Made by a program: the position numbers and the translations under genes. The notes beneath the pieces were generated by a model. The model saw nothing but the letters and a program-made list of their open reading frames with translations. It made no database searches and was not told the origin of the DNA. From Batkoa obscura (Eukaryota), in the NCBI GenBank assembly GCA_030770535.1, contig JASVEC010000192.1, positions 1 through 33,731 of the forward strand: a DNA stretch of 33,731 nt. The letters run 5' to 3'. Numbering within the stretch: the stretch's first letter is position 1; each line of letters starts with the position of its first letter. Shown one piece after another: positions 1 to 13,290 of the stretch.

Positions 1-12
1 TATGCTTTATAT

Positions 13-103
13 GGGATATGTTTTTTCGTCTAAGTTTTACTAACAATTTTCCCACTCAAATAGCGCTCAAAAGATGGAAAAAATGAAACCAAAAAACATC
101 TTC
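13..103 (+). mobile_element. ~99-bp MITE, copy 1 (diverged)
   Basis: Family core ttttactaacaattttcccactcaaatagcgctcaaaagatggaaaaaatgaaaccaaaaaacatc; TSD not preserved. Confidence 0.85.
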
Positions 104-691
104 AAGTATTACCCTTATTACAGTTTTTGCCTTGGATGACTAAATTTTTGCATCATAAATCAGACAAGTTTTTTAAACCAAGGTAAAATTATAATAAGAA
201 GAGTAAGTTAAAAAACAATACTCATATTTTGAATTAATTTTTTTGCATACAGTATTATTTTAAAACTCAACCATGATCAGAAGCTTTTTATAGAGCTTTT
301 TGATAGCTATCAAACAACACTAACAAGGGATTGGTATCACTTTTTACTGTCCTTATCATTAAGCTCAATACTGTATTGTAAGAAGCAAACAAAAACTAAT
401 CAAAAGTTATTCTGTTTAATTAAATAGTTAATGAGTCTAAACTAATGGAGTAAATTCAATTTACTTCTAAACCAATAAAATAAAACAGCATTTGGTATTT
501 GAATCAAACTACGCAAATAATACGCAGAAAATCCGCAATGGAGATAGATAGGAGAGTCTCTTAATTGGTCGAAAATTTTTTAAGCTCCCATAAAAAAGCC
601 ATATAATCAAGTCAGTTTACTACTTTACTTTTTCCAACGTAAGCTAAATTTCAATTCAAAATTAACTTATAGTAATTCAATTTAAATAATA

Positions 692-3680
692 ATGTCTGGG
701 TTTAATCAACAGACGCCCTCAGGCTTTAATAATAATACTCAAAATTCAGGATTTGGACTTCAGCAATCATCTGGTTTTGGTCAATCATCAACTCAAACTT
801 CAGGTTTTGGAATACCAGTGAAGCCAACCATATCCCTTTCACAGCTTGCTGGCATGAATAATCAACAACAGGGTACAGGGTTTGGCCAACAAGCTACTGG
901 ATTTAATAGCATACCAGAGGTAAAAGGGCCCTCTGGTTTTGGTATAACGCCAGATCAAGTCGCTGGTTTTTATAAACCAACTTCTGGTTTCAGTCAACCA
1001 TCTAGTCAGCCTTCAGGATTTGGTTTATCAAGTAGCCAACCTTCTGGATTTGGGCAACAGCAGTTAACTATAAATAAGCCAATGTCCCTTGATCAACTTT
1101 CAGCTTTTAATACACAATCTTCTGGCTTTGGTATATCAAGTAGTCAACCTTCTGGTTTTGGGCTTCAGCAGCCTTCTGGCTTTGGTCAAGCAACTAGTCA
1201 GCCCTCGGGTTTTGGACTTCAGCAAACTTCTGGCTTTGGTCAAACGGGTAATCAAACTTCTGGATTTGGCCAAGCAACCAGTCAAGCCTCAGGTTTTGGA
1301 CTTCAACAGCCATCTGGATTTGGCCAGCAACCAGTCAAGCCTCAGGTTTTGGACTTCAACAGCCATCTGGATTTGGCCAGGCAACTAGCCAAGCTTCAGG
1401 TTTTGGCCTTCAGCAATCTTCCGGTTTTGGCCAAGCTTCCGGTTTTGGAGCTAGTAACACTAGTGGATTTGGCCAAGCAGGTAACCAAACTTCAGGTTTT
1501 GGAACAAGTAATACTAGTGGATTCGGACAATCATCTGGCTTTGGTCAACAAAATACTGGGTTAGGACAGCAAAACACAGGGTTCGGTCAACAACAAAGTA
1601 GCGGATTTGGTCAACAGCAAGGTAATAGACTTAATCAATCATCTGGATTCGGCCAGCAAAACACAGGGTTTGGACAACCATCAGGTTTTGGTCAACAAAG
1701 CACTGCTTTTGGAACTAATACAACTACAAGTGGATTTGGGAGTAATGCTTCTGGTTTTGGTCAACAGCAAAATACAGGGTTTGGGCAACAACAAGGTAGC
1801 AGTTTTGGTAATAATACAAGTACAAGTGGATTCGGAAATAGTATAACAAGTGGTTTTAGTCAGACAGCTAATCAAACTTCCGGTTTTGGAGCTAGTAACA
1901 CTAGTGGATTTGGCCAAGCAGGTAACCAAACTTCAGGTTTTGGAACAAGTAATACTAGTGGATTCGGACAACCATCTGGCTTTGGTCAACAAAATACAGG
2001 GTTTGGTCAACAGCAAAGTAGTGGTTTCGGCCAACAAAGTAGTACTGGGTTTGGCAATAGTACAAGTACAGGTTTTGGGCAACAAGGCACTGGATTAGGA
2101 CAGACATCTGGATTTGGAAGCAATACAGGTAGTGGGTTTGGTCAATCATCTGGATTTGGGCAACAAAGTACTGCACTCGGACAACAAAATACAGGATTTG
2201 GTCAATCCTCAAGTTTCGGTCAACAACAAGGTTCTGGGTTTGGCCAATCATCAGGCTTTGGTAATAAGACAAGCACAGGTTTTGGTCAAACTCAAAGTTC
2301 TGGCTTTGGAACTAATACTGGTTTTGGACAACAGCAAAGTGCTGCACTTGGACAACAAAATACAGGATTCGGCCAATCTTCTGGTTTGGTCAACAACAAG
2401 GTTCTGGGTTTGGCCAATCATCAGGCTTTGGTAATAAGACAAGCACAGGTTTTGGTCAAACTCAAAGTTCTGGCTTTGGAACTAATACTGGGTTGGGGCA
2501 ACAGCAAAACACTGGATTTGGAAGCACCAGTACTGCATTTTCTAGTGCCACCGGAGGGTTTGGTTCATCAACTTTAGGGAACAGTAGCAATGGACTTGGT
2601 TCCTCTACTCTAGGGAATACTAGTTTTGGGAATACCAATACTTCAAGTATGTTTGGAAACACTAGCCTTACAGGGTTAGGCTCCGGCTTAGGCGCTAATA
2701 CAGGGTCTACAATCGGAGCCTCCAATTTCGGGCAAACCGGTAGTGGCTTCCAGTTTGGTAACAACACAGGAGCTTCAACCCTTGGCTTAGGTCAATCATC
2801 AAATGCTTTTGGACAAAGTGTTAACATATCAAATAATTTTACTTCTGGATTTGGTTCAAGCTTAACTCAAAACCAAAGTAGCTTTTTAAACAGCCAAGCT
2901 TTAAATGACATTTCTTCTATCAGTAAAACTGCCACCTTTGGAACTTTGCCAAAAGAGGTATTAAAATATTTTGGAGAAATACAAAAGAAGATGGATGAGT
3001 TGGCAAAGGCAAGTCAAAAATTTGAAGCTCAAATTGAAGCAAATGATCGTGAATATACTTTATCTAACTATGGAGTTGAGAAAGTACTCGAGAAGACAGG
3101 GGATATTGACCTTATGATATCTAGTTCAATTAATAGTCTTCATAGCATTACAGGCGAGGATGTTAACAAACAAAATGCTATTGATCTTCGTTATTCTGCA
3201 ATGACTTTTCATATGTATTATGGTAGATGGTCCGCAGAACATCGTAAATCTTATGAAAAGGAAAGAGATGGTAAAGCTACTATAGATAAATTGAAACGTA
3301 GGATTACTTCAAGGCTACGTCGCATAGTTGAGGATAATGGTGGGCGCTTAGTTGATACTTTTACTGATCTCTCATGTACTTCAAAAGCACTAGCTAGACT
3401 TGATGAGGTTAAGCCATATGATGCAACCTTTTTATATGTCCACGATAAGGTGCGTGAGATTTATGATGATAAGTTAGCAATGACTAAACATGCAGATGAA
3501 CTAGAGAATGTATTCAAACGTTTAGGGTTTACAGCTACAGAAGTACTTGAACTCTTCAAAAATTCAAAAGCAAGTTCAGTTATCCCTACTAAACCCAGCT
3601 TAAGCAGGGCACTATACTCTGATGTTGACTATTATGATGTAGCATTTAATGACCTTGAAACTACTGCGGTTAAGGTATGA
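692..3680 (+). CDS. FG-repeat nucleoporin, Nup49/Nup58-like (~996 aa after correcting two 1-nt deletions at ~1327 and ~2386)
   Basis: Continuous SGFG/TGFG repeats across three frames. Comparison with neighbouring repeat units shows a missing A (ggcca[a]gcaacc, ~1327) and a missing T (ggtt[t]ggtcaa, ~2386); 2989+2 nt is divisible by 3. The C-terminal helical region begins TATFGTLPKEVLKYFGEIQKKMDEL, resembling the T-x-F-x-D-L-P start of the Nup49/Nup58 coiled coil. The family assignment is from memory, not a search. Confidence 0.75.
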
Positions 3681-3852
3681 TTTTCGAAATAATGGGTTTG
3701 TTTTATTACAATTTTGAGTTAGTTTTACTCTTTGCTACTTATATAAAAGTAAAATATCTTTCAAATGTTATTATCATCATTTATTCTGTAAATGCTTATA
3801 TTTTTAATTTTAAGGTTTTTAATATTAACTCAATTTTTATTTAAAAGGAAAT

Positions 3853-3950
3853 GGGGATGTATTTATGTGTTTAAGAATTTTACTAATAATTTTTCCACTC
3901 AAATGCGCTTAAAAGATAGAAAAAATAATGAAGCCAAAAAAAACATCCCC
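3853..3950 (+). mobile_element. MITE copy 2
   Basis: GGGGATGT...ACATCCCC, perfect AAAT TSD. Confidence 0.93.
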
Positions 3951-5422
3951 AAATGATGATTCTTATAATTTAATAGTATAATAAAAAGGAATTTTTACTT
4001 CCCTCCAATGGGATATACTGAACAAAGAGCTAGCCTTATGGGGTTTGCTTTAACACAAGGGACTATGAAGCTCATCTAAAGCGTAAAGTGATGGAATAAG
4101 ATGAAGTACTGTTATTTATTCCAATCATAAATTAAGAAATAAGCTTTCGAAATATTTTTTGGCTGACTTTTTACACCATCAAAAAGATGGGATTTCTCAT
4201 TGATTTAATTCAATAATTTCCTCAAAATTATAGAAGTAGATGTTAATCTAGGCTATTGCTTTATACTTACAATTTCTATGAGAAAAAGAATCTGCTATTA
4301 AATTTATTAGTAACTAAAAATAACTATTGAGTGTATTTTTCTATTAAATTCGTAAAGTTTATAATTTACAAGTAAATTTAAAATCATCATTTTTGAACCT
4401 TAACCAAAATGCTAAGTAAAATTACATTCTTAAAGCATTTTCAAAAATAGGAAAAACTCTCAGTGATTATAAACGTTTCAGGGGATGATATAGAATCACA
4501 ATAATATAACAAAAAACTAGAGATAAGACAATATTAAAATATTAGTATATTCAATTTGAAATCAGGTTCGAGAAAAACAAGCGTTTCTAAGATTAATATA
4601 TTTAATAAGCCACTTCAGCTGCATAAGCAATGAGTACTGCTCCAATTTCAAATTACCCAAACAACGCAAAATTTTATCACAATTCCTTTTTATAGTCATC
4701 ACAATATTTTATTTTTACTGTCTTAATTTTTGATGTAAAATTAAAAATTGATTAAAATCCGCTTTTAATTCTGAACCCCTCCTTAAAACATTAGCTTATT
4801 ATCTAATATTTTATTAAAATTTTATAAAAAAATATATAGAAACCTTATGTATTAATATCTTTTTTGAAGGTTAAAGATTATAGAATGTACAATCTCGTTT
4901 TATAGAATTTAAGTTTATCTATAGATTTATTAATTAATTATTTGGATTTCAATATGTTAATGACATTGGCAATTTTTCCAAGTTTGAAACCAATTAGAAT
5001 CAAAGCAATTAAAGTGCTAATAATTTAGCAAATTGATTAATTTTATCAGCCAATGAAAGTCAGCTTTTAAGCTTGGCTCTAAATTTAGAAATAGTCATGC
5101 AAATTTGGAGTTAAAAATAAGTCGATATCAAGTGGAAATAGGAACTGGGTAACTTGATATTAATTTTTGAAATAAATGATAATTACTAAAGAATAAACCA
5201 AATTTTATTACTTTTATTATAGCCGTGCTTAATTAAAATTTCACTATACTCAACTATTTGTTAATGTTATAGGACATCAGTTTATTCTATAATTAGTCCT
5301 TCTTATTTCATTAATTAAATACTATTATCTCCTTAATTTTATTTTGATATTTTATTCTCCCTAATATTCAGCTTCCTATAATTAATATTTGATACTGGGA
5401 TATCACATACAATCTTTAGGAT

Positions 5423-8125
5423 ATGAATAAATTTAGCTCTCATAAAATTGTACAATATATATGCATAGCAATCCTTATTTCATCTACATTACAACAAGGA
5501 TTACCACCTTTTGATGATGTAGAAAATGATGCTGCTCCGCAATTAAATTCACCTCAAGGATTAGGCGCTGTTCAAAACGAAAGTATAATTAGCAGTTTAA
5601 CACAATCATCTGAGTCTGATTTACAGCTTCGAACTTTATCTCATGATCATTTGAGCCAACAAATTCCAACATTACCTACAATTTCATCTGTAGATAATGT
5701 TATTAGTTCGGCTTCAATATCAACTCTAGCTGTCTCTGAAAGTAATCTCAGTACACCAACTTTAGAAACTGAGACACTTACACAATCGGTAAGCTCAAGT
5801 GTAATAAGTTCAGCCTCTTCTGTAACCCAGGCATCAAGCGTAGAAACAAGTACATCAACTCAAACTACTGTGACAAGTATATCAACTCAAAGCATCGAAT
5901 CTACTACTTTAGTAACACCATCTGAGGCTCAAACTAGCAGTGAGAAAACTACTTCAACACAAAATTCAATCTCAACTTCAGGTTTAGGATCAAGTTCAGG
6001 ATCAAGTTCAGGATCAAGTTCAAGTGAAACTTTAACAATTTCATCCCCTACTTTAGAAACTCAAAATTCGACAATTACAGAAGTTACAGTTTCCCCAACA
6101 ACTGTTTACACAGATCATAACGAAGCAACAATTACGAGTACAACAACCAAAGTTAAATCATCAGAAACACAGCATGAACAAAATCCAATTGCAACTCCTA
6201 CTGTAACTTCACTACAGAACAACCAATAGCTTCATCTGACACAAACACTTTAGCTATTACAAGTGAATCATCTAGTGTTCCAGTAGTTGTAAATACCTCG
6301 ACAAGTTCAGCTACAGGTTCAACCACTACTTCAGAGACATTTTCATCGATATCGACGAATTCTGAATCAGCTGAGAGCCATACCGCGACCACAGCAGAAG
6401 AGTTGGAAACTCTAACTTCTCAAGTATCAACAAGCGAGAGTAGTTTTAGTCCAAGTGTAGCGACTTCAGTGACTTCAAGTTCAGAATCATCAACTTCGTC
6501 ATCAATCTCATCTAAGATTACTACTGAGTCTACAGCTGAATCAACTCAATCAACTATTTCTGTCCCAACTTCAGAAAGTTCAAGCTTCATCTCAAGTACT
6601 TCTACAACTAGTAAGATCGAAAGCGAAGCTATTACAACTGAAACAACTATTAGTTCTGTCTCAACGCCTAATACAGCTTCAAGCTCAATAGTTAGTCTAA
6701 ATAGTTTAGAAACTAGCCAAAGCACCCAGTTAGGCACATCTTCTGAGCCAACAATTTCTTTAAGTGAATCTGTTACAACACCAATTATAATTTCTAGTGA
6801 AACAAGCGTAACTACCCCATCAGTACCAATTTTTACACAACCCCTTAGTTCACCAACAGTTACTTCTGAACTAACTACAGAAAGTGAAAAAGAGACTGTT
6901 GGCACTACATTTGAAACACCTATCATATCAACTTTAAGTTCTTCTGAGATCGAAAAAAGTCCTCAAAGTGACATTATTACTCCAACTGAGACATCAGTTG
7001 TAGAGACTTTTACTAGTTCTAATCAAGTATCTATACCAACCCAAAGTGAAACAGAATCATTTGATGAAGAGATTGAAACACCTACTCCATCAACAACGTT
7101 TGGATCGCTGTTCACTTCATTTTTCAGCTTATCCTTCACTTCTAGTAATTTTGAGGAGCATTTTGGGACCACTGCTTCCAACACTGTTCCTTCTGCAATT
7201 CAACTTTCTTCAACTGCTCCAAGCAAAGATAAAGTAACTAGTGAAGTGGAATCAGGATCAAGTGTTAGTCCAACCCCAACCCTAGACTCATCTCAAACTT
7301 CATTTTTTACATCAAGTGAAACTGAAGAAATTGTTCAACCAAGTGAATCATCTATTTTATTTTCATCAAGCCTAACTCAAACTACATTCAGCACCACAAC
7401 TCAAACAGAAGAACCCAGAGAAGGTGTAGATACATCAGTCATCCTTATTTCATCAACCGCCTCGTCGGAATCTGCTTTCCCCAAATCGAGCGAAGTTGAG
7501 AGTACTTTTACTGCCTCTGTTACGATTCCAACAGTAAGTTTTTCATCCGAGACTAGTGTTTCTAAATCAAGTAAGATTGAAAGTGCTTCTACTATTCAAA
7601 CCTCAAGTGAATTGTTTGAAGAGATTACTTCTACTTCAGGCCAAATCAAGAGCACTTTCGTAACTCCAACTTTCTCTAGCTCAACTGAAATTGATAGTAC
7701 TTTTGCCATTCCAACTTTCACTCCAACGGTAAGTACCTCATCAGAAGTTGCTTCTTTTAGTTCAAGCGAAATTGAAAACACTTTTACTATCCCATCTTTA
7801 AGTACGTCTTCTGGAATTAATACTTTGACTTCAAGCAAAAGTACTATTACCACTCCAACTTTAAGCGGGTCTTTCGAAAATACATCTCTTACTTTCAGTG
7901 AAGATGAAAGCAGCTTTACCACTCCAACTTTCACCCAACCTTTAAGCAGATCTTCTGAACCTATCTCTTTTAGTTCAAGCGAAACTGAAAATACATTTAC
8001 CACCCCAACTTTAGATAGATCTTCTGAAAGTAATGTCTTTGCTTCAAGTGAAGACACTTCCAATATTCCAACTTTTACCCAGACTTTTAGTAAGTCTTTT
8101 GAGACTACCCCCCCTAGCTCAAGTG

Positions 8126-8160
<35 letters not shown>

Positions 8161-11100
8161 ATCGTTACTACTCCAACTTTTAGTAGATCCTCCGAAACCA
8201 GCATTTCTAAATCAAGTGAAATTGAAAGTACTTTTACCAACCCAACCTTTACTCAAACTTTTAGCAGACCTTCCGATACTACTTTATTTAGCTCAAGTGA
8301 AAGTGAAAGCCCTATTAGCACCTCGACTTTTGTTCCAACTTTTACTAGACCCTCTGAGACTACCATTTCTAAGTCTGATGAGGTTGGAAGTACTTTTACT
8401 ACTCCAACTTTAAGTAAATCACTTGAAACTAGTCTTTCTAAATCAAGTGAAATTGAAAGTACTTTTACCACTCCAACTTTCACTCCAACTTTAAGTAGAT
8501 CTTTGGAAACTACGTCCTCTAGCTTAAGTGAAAGTGAAAGTGAAAATGAGAGTGAGAGTATCGTTACTACTCCAACTTTAGTAGATCCTCCGAAACCAGC
8601 ATTTCTAAATCAAGTGAAATTGAAAGTACTTTTACCACTCCAACTTTCACTCCAACTTTCACTTCAACTTTAAGTAGATCTTTGGAAACTACATCCTCTA
8701 GCTTAAGTGAAAGTGAAAGTGAAAGTGAGAGTATCGTTACTACTCCAACTTTTAGTAGATCCTCCGAAACCAGCATTTCTAAATCAAGTGAAATTGAAAG
8801 TGAAAAGCCTATTAGCACCTCGACTTTTGTTCCAACTTTTACTAGACCCTCTGAGACTACCATTTCTAAGTCTGATGAGGTTGGAAGTACTTTTACTACT
8901 CCAACTTTAAGTAAATCACTTGAAACTAGTCTTTCTAAATCAAGTGAAATTGAAAGTACTTTTACCACTCCAACTTTCACTCCAACTTTAAGTAGACCTT
9001 CTGAATCTATCTCTTTTAGCTCAAGTGAAAGGTCTATTAGTACCTCGACTTTTGTTCCAACTTTTACTAGACCCTCTGAGACTACCATTTCTAAGTCTGA
9101 TGAGGTTGGAAGTACTTTTACTACTTCAACTTTCACCCAAACTTTAAGCAGGTCTTCTGAAACCAATACTTCTGAGCCAAGCGACATTGTAAGTACTACT
9201 AGTACTCCAACTTCAAGTAAACCTTCTAGTACCACTTTCTTTAGCTCAGGCGAAGTTGAAAGTACTTTTACCATCCCAAATTTTACTCAAACCATAAGCA
9301 GACCATCCAGTACTAATTTATTTAGTTCAAGTGAAGCTAATGAGACTGCTGGTAGCTCCGTCGTTTCCTCTATTTCCTTCTCATCTTCGCTTACTTCGTC
9401 ACGAGATGTACCCATTGCTACCCTTACAGAAACTCAAAGCCAAGTGCCAGCTAAAACTAACACTGCTTCTGCAACTTATACTTTGTCAGAACTTCCTACT
9501 AAAACAACCCAGGAAACAGGGTCAAGTTATTCATCCCCAACTGCACCCTCATCTGTTGACTCTTCTCTTCCCCCAACCGATATTTCTACTCAAAGTGACG
9601 TAGCTACAAGTACCAAAACATCCGGACCCGGAACCCCATCTACTGATACCGACTATAGCTCTATTTTGACTGTGCCTAGTTCATTTAGTCTAACTATTAC
9701 TAAATCCTCTTCAACTCTTTCGCTAACAACACAAACACTTTTACCTTCGCAGACTGCATCAAATACCACCTTTGTACTAACAAGTACTCTTTCATCCTCC
9801 AGTGAGAAAACCACTTTGTCTTCTATCAAAACATCCACTTCAAATTCTAAACCCGACTTCACCAGTATAAGCTCATCTACTAAAACAAGCATAATATCAT
9901 CTAAGACTGTAATTAGCTCATTTAGTATGCCAAGCTCCAATTCAAGTAAGACAACTAACGGTTCATCTACTAGCAATATTAGATCAACAAATATCTCATC
10001 ATCTACATCAACCTTTATATCAAGCACAGAGTCGACTGAAAGCCCCCAAACTCCAGAACCAACTCCAGAACCAACTACTACTCCACCTCCACCTCCAACT
10101 TCTACTCCTACACCAAGCTATCAAATTTCACTCATTCCTATCTCGACACCCAAGACTTCCATTTCCCCTTCAGCCTCAATTCCTACACAAAGCAGTACTA
10201 TACCTCAAACCCCTATTGCAACTCCAACTCAAGAGCCAGTCAAAGAGTTTTTAGTCAACTTTGAGCAAGTAAATACAGCTTCTGAAACTCAAAGACAGGG
10301 ATCATCAACTCCATCTACTAGTTTTAGAGCTTACACATTGGCTATTCCCACCTATCTTCCTGATTCTTTTACTTTAACTGATTCTTCAAGTAAAAGTAAA
10401 CCAACTTCCAGTAGTGATGATTTTTCCAAAAATGTAAGCTCAATTGATCCAGAAGTACTCCCACCAGATAGCCCACAATTTATTATCGGAACAGATCTTA
10501 AGTCAAATAGTAATGAAGGTGGCTTAGTGTTTCGAATCAAATTGAATAATGTTAGTTACAAGAAGTTAATTACTGATATCTCAGCATCTAAATACGTGAT
10601 GAATACTATCCCACAAGATCTTGATTACATTAGTGAGTATGGCAAAGAAATTTTTAGCATCCTTAAGATTCAACCTAATAATCCTTCTAAAATTGAATCA
10701 GACCAGTCAGTCTTAGTTTATATTTATATTTCTACTATTAAAGATGATAAATCTGAAACATTGGCTATTAACGTTAAGAGAACCATTGATGACATTGTCA
10801 AAAATGATCCCAATAAATTAGCAAGAAGTGTTCTACTTAGAAACTTGGATATATCTAAATATATATCCGAGAATTCAGATGCTAATAATAAGATCAATTC
10901 ATTTGATTCCAACGTTCCATTTTCTGATGTGTTATCTAAAGTTTATACCGATAACCTTGCTGGTATGGGGAAACCAAGTATTTTATCAAGTCTTCCGAAC
11001 CCTATTGTCAAAGCAGCTATGTCCCAATCCTTAACAAGAACCGATGATGCAGTAGATTGGATTACAATCATGACCATTACATTGGCTGTTTTATCTTCTA

Positions 11101-11171
11101 TTGTCTATGCATTTATGACTTTTATTCAATCTCGTAAGCCTGGTATATTCCAAATTGAAAGTCAAGCATAA
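5423..11171 (+). CDS. Ser/Thr-rich signalling mucin, Msb2/Hkr1-like (~1916 aa after correcting two 1-nt deletions at ~6211 and ~8579)
   Basis: N-terminal signal peptide (IVQYICIAILISSTLQ), a long S/T-rich region with tandem repeats, a Pro-rich linker, an HMH-like domain (PPDSPQFIIG...LVFRIKLNNVSYKKLITDISASKYVMNTIPQDL) and one TM helix (WITIMTITLAVLSSIVYAFMTFI). Three ORFs join by restoring one base twice (5749+2 nt = 1917 codons). Confidence 0.75.
7840..9170 (+). repeat. Coding tandem repeats of the mucin (TTPTFSRSSETSISKSSEIESTF-type units, larger near-identical duplicated blocks, (GAAAGT)n = poly-ES runs)
   Basis: Near-identical blocks such as 8311-8500 vs 8808-8997; GAAAGT hexamer arrays at ~8123-8160, 8527-8558 and 8707-8732. 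Confidence 0.85.
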
Positions 11172-11411
11172 TCTTTAATTTTATACTTCAAGTATTTCAT
11201 TTATCTTTAATATAATCCAAATTAAAAATAATTGTAATTATTAAAAGCATTTTATCTTTTGCTACTGTTTTTTATCTTTAATGTAATATGGTTACTTAAG
11301 TTAAAATTTATACACTATTTAAAAAATACTAAAATAATTTTATTACAATTTTTTGATCATATAAAAATATCCTGTGTGATGATGTGCAAGGATATTGGCA
11401 ATAAATCAAAC

Positions 11412-13290
11412 CTATTTCTTAGGAAGAGGGGGAGCTAGACCACGGTTTATTGGAATGTTATTGAATGCCATGGGCTCAAACTCTTGCCAAATATACTGCT
11501 TACATTTCTCTGCATTTTTTAATGATTGTAGCATCCAAGAAATCGTAGCATGCGCAAATCCAGAAAGCTCAGGTCCAGACCCAGAGCTATTAACCTGCAC
11601 TTTACGTATGTTATTAGCAAGCTTAATTACTTGCCCCCAAGCTCCAGACAATGTTTCTGAATGAAATACTTCACCACTGTCTTGAGCTTCCAATTGAAAT
11701 TTAGGCCCAAGTCGGCCTTCCAGTATAGTAAGTGTATAAACAGAATTTCCTTCTGGATCAATTGTAGACTTATAATACCTTTGTATTTTAAAACCAATTG
11801 GGTAAAGGTATCGATTACTATGATATCCTGGTTTTTCATACTCAATACGCCCTAAATCTAATACAGTAAATATACTCATCTGTAATGGAAGTTTGATATT
11901 CCCATCTTTATCCTTTGGTACGGGTTGTACCCTCCTTGGTTTTACTGCCTTATTGGCTATAGTAGCTGACTGTGCATTGTATGGGTTTGTAGTAATATTA
12001 GGATTATTTATTGGTTGAGCATTGGTAACCGGTGGTGGTGGATTTTGTAAATTTGCTGTTGTTCTCGCCACATATTGTTGATATTGAACTGGTACTGAGC
12101 TAACTGGTGGTGGGTTAGCTGGTCTTGGATAAGCCATGCCGTATGCCATTGGATTACGCATATCTACATATCTTTTATCTTGAGGCATTCTAAATCTGTC
12201 ACTATAATAAGAGTTTAATCCTATATTATCTCTACTTTGGTGTGGTCTCATTGCATTATAATTGATATCGCGTTCGCTAAATGGTGGTGGTGCCATGGCA
12301 TTCATTATCATATTTCTTTCGTTTTGCATCATTGAAGCTTCTTTCATAGAATGAAACTGTTCTCTACTTGGAACTGATCCTGGGACTGGGACATGATGCA
12401 TTTGTCTTAACCTTTCTTGATCCACCATAGGTCTGTGTTGCATTGACACATAAGCTTCTCTTTGAGCATGACTTGGATGTGGATATGGGTATGGTCGGTA
12501 GCCTTCTTCTCTTACTTCCGTCCTTCGGATAGTTCCTTGAGAATCCGCATGTACCATTCCTGGATTCCTAACCTGAGGATGCTGGATTCCACTAGGATGG
12601 ATCCCGTTTGGATATCTTAAATATGGATCCCTCACTTGACCGTTTTCAGCTATGTGTTGTCTCATTCTTTCGCCATTCATCATTTGAAATTTTATCTCGT
12701 TTTGCCTCCTTAGGTTCTGTTCATATCTTATTCTCATATCGACAGCTTCTTGAGGAGTATAGTGCATAGGATTAGGCATGGGATAGAACGCTTGATTAGG
12801 AGGTAACTGAGGACGAGATTGCATCATTGCTTCGTTTCTACCTTTATACATGCTTAGCCAATCATTTAAGTTTATATTGTTGGGCTTCCTTGAGATGAAG
12901 TGCTTTAAATTGGGGTCATCATTCGTATCTTTGTCCTCTGTAACTGGCTTTTCGATCTCTTCTTCATCGCTTGTAGTCCTGTCCTCTTTTTCATCCTCTT
13001 TACTGCTAAGCTCAACAAGTCGATTTAAACAATTACTAAGCTTGTTTAGTTTTTGAGTTTATGTAACAATTAAATATCTTACTTATTCAACCTCCTTAAC
13101 TTTTTTATCTCCTTATTAAGAATGTCTAATTCAGTAAGAGCTCCTTCGTTTTCCTAATAATTTCATTAACAACTTGTCATTATTTCTAATTTTTAGTTAC
13201 CTTTTCAACCTCTTTAATTCTACTTTTAGTCGTCTTATACTTCTCATAGTAGATATCTTTATTTAAACTTTTTTGATGTAACTTAGACAT
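11412..13290 (-). CDS. FYRN/FYRC-domain chromatin protein, TBRG1/NIAM-like (594 aa; exons 13290-13201, 13153-13083, 13035-11412)
   Basis: C-terminal FYRN (LGRIEYEKPGYHSNRYLYPIGFKIQRYYKS) and FYRC (SGAWGQVIK...SGPELSGF) motifs. Two 47-nt GT-AG introns add an N-terminal coiled coil (YYEKYKTTKSRIKEVEKENEGALTEL...) like that of TBRG1/INO80E. Spliced length is 1785 nt, in frame. Confidence 0.8.

Noticed and set aside
1089..2767. Many short overlapping ORFs (VLVNNKVLGLANHQ-type and antisense) in the nucleoporin
   Set aside because: They are shadow frames of the periodic FG-repeat coding sequence.
4481..4488. Isolated GGGGATGA resembling the MITE terminus
   Set aside because: No internal MITE sequence or partner end follows.
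7840..9170. CRISPR-like repeat/spacer array
   Set aside because: The repeats are in-frame protein repeats without unique spacers, in a eukaryotic gene.
6198..11034. Antisense and alternative-frame ORFs over the mucin (e.g. 7596-8240, 8567-9274)
   Set aside because: Shadow frames of low-complexity Ser/Thr codons with no independent protein features.
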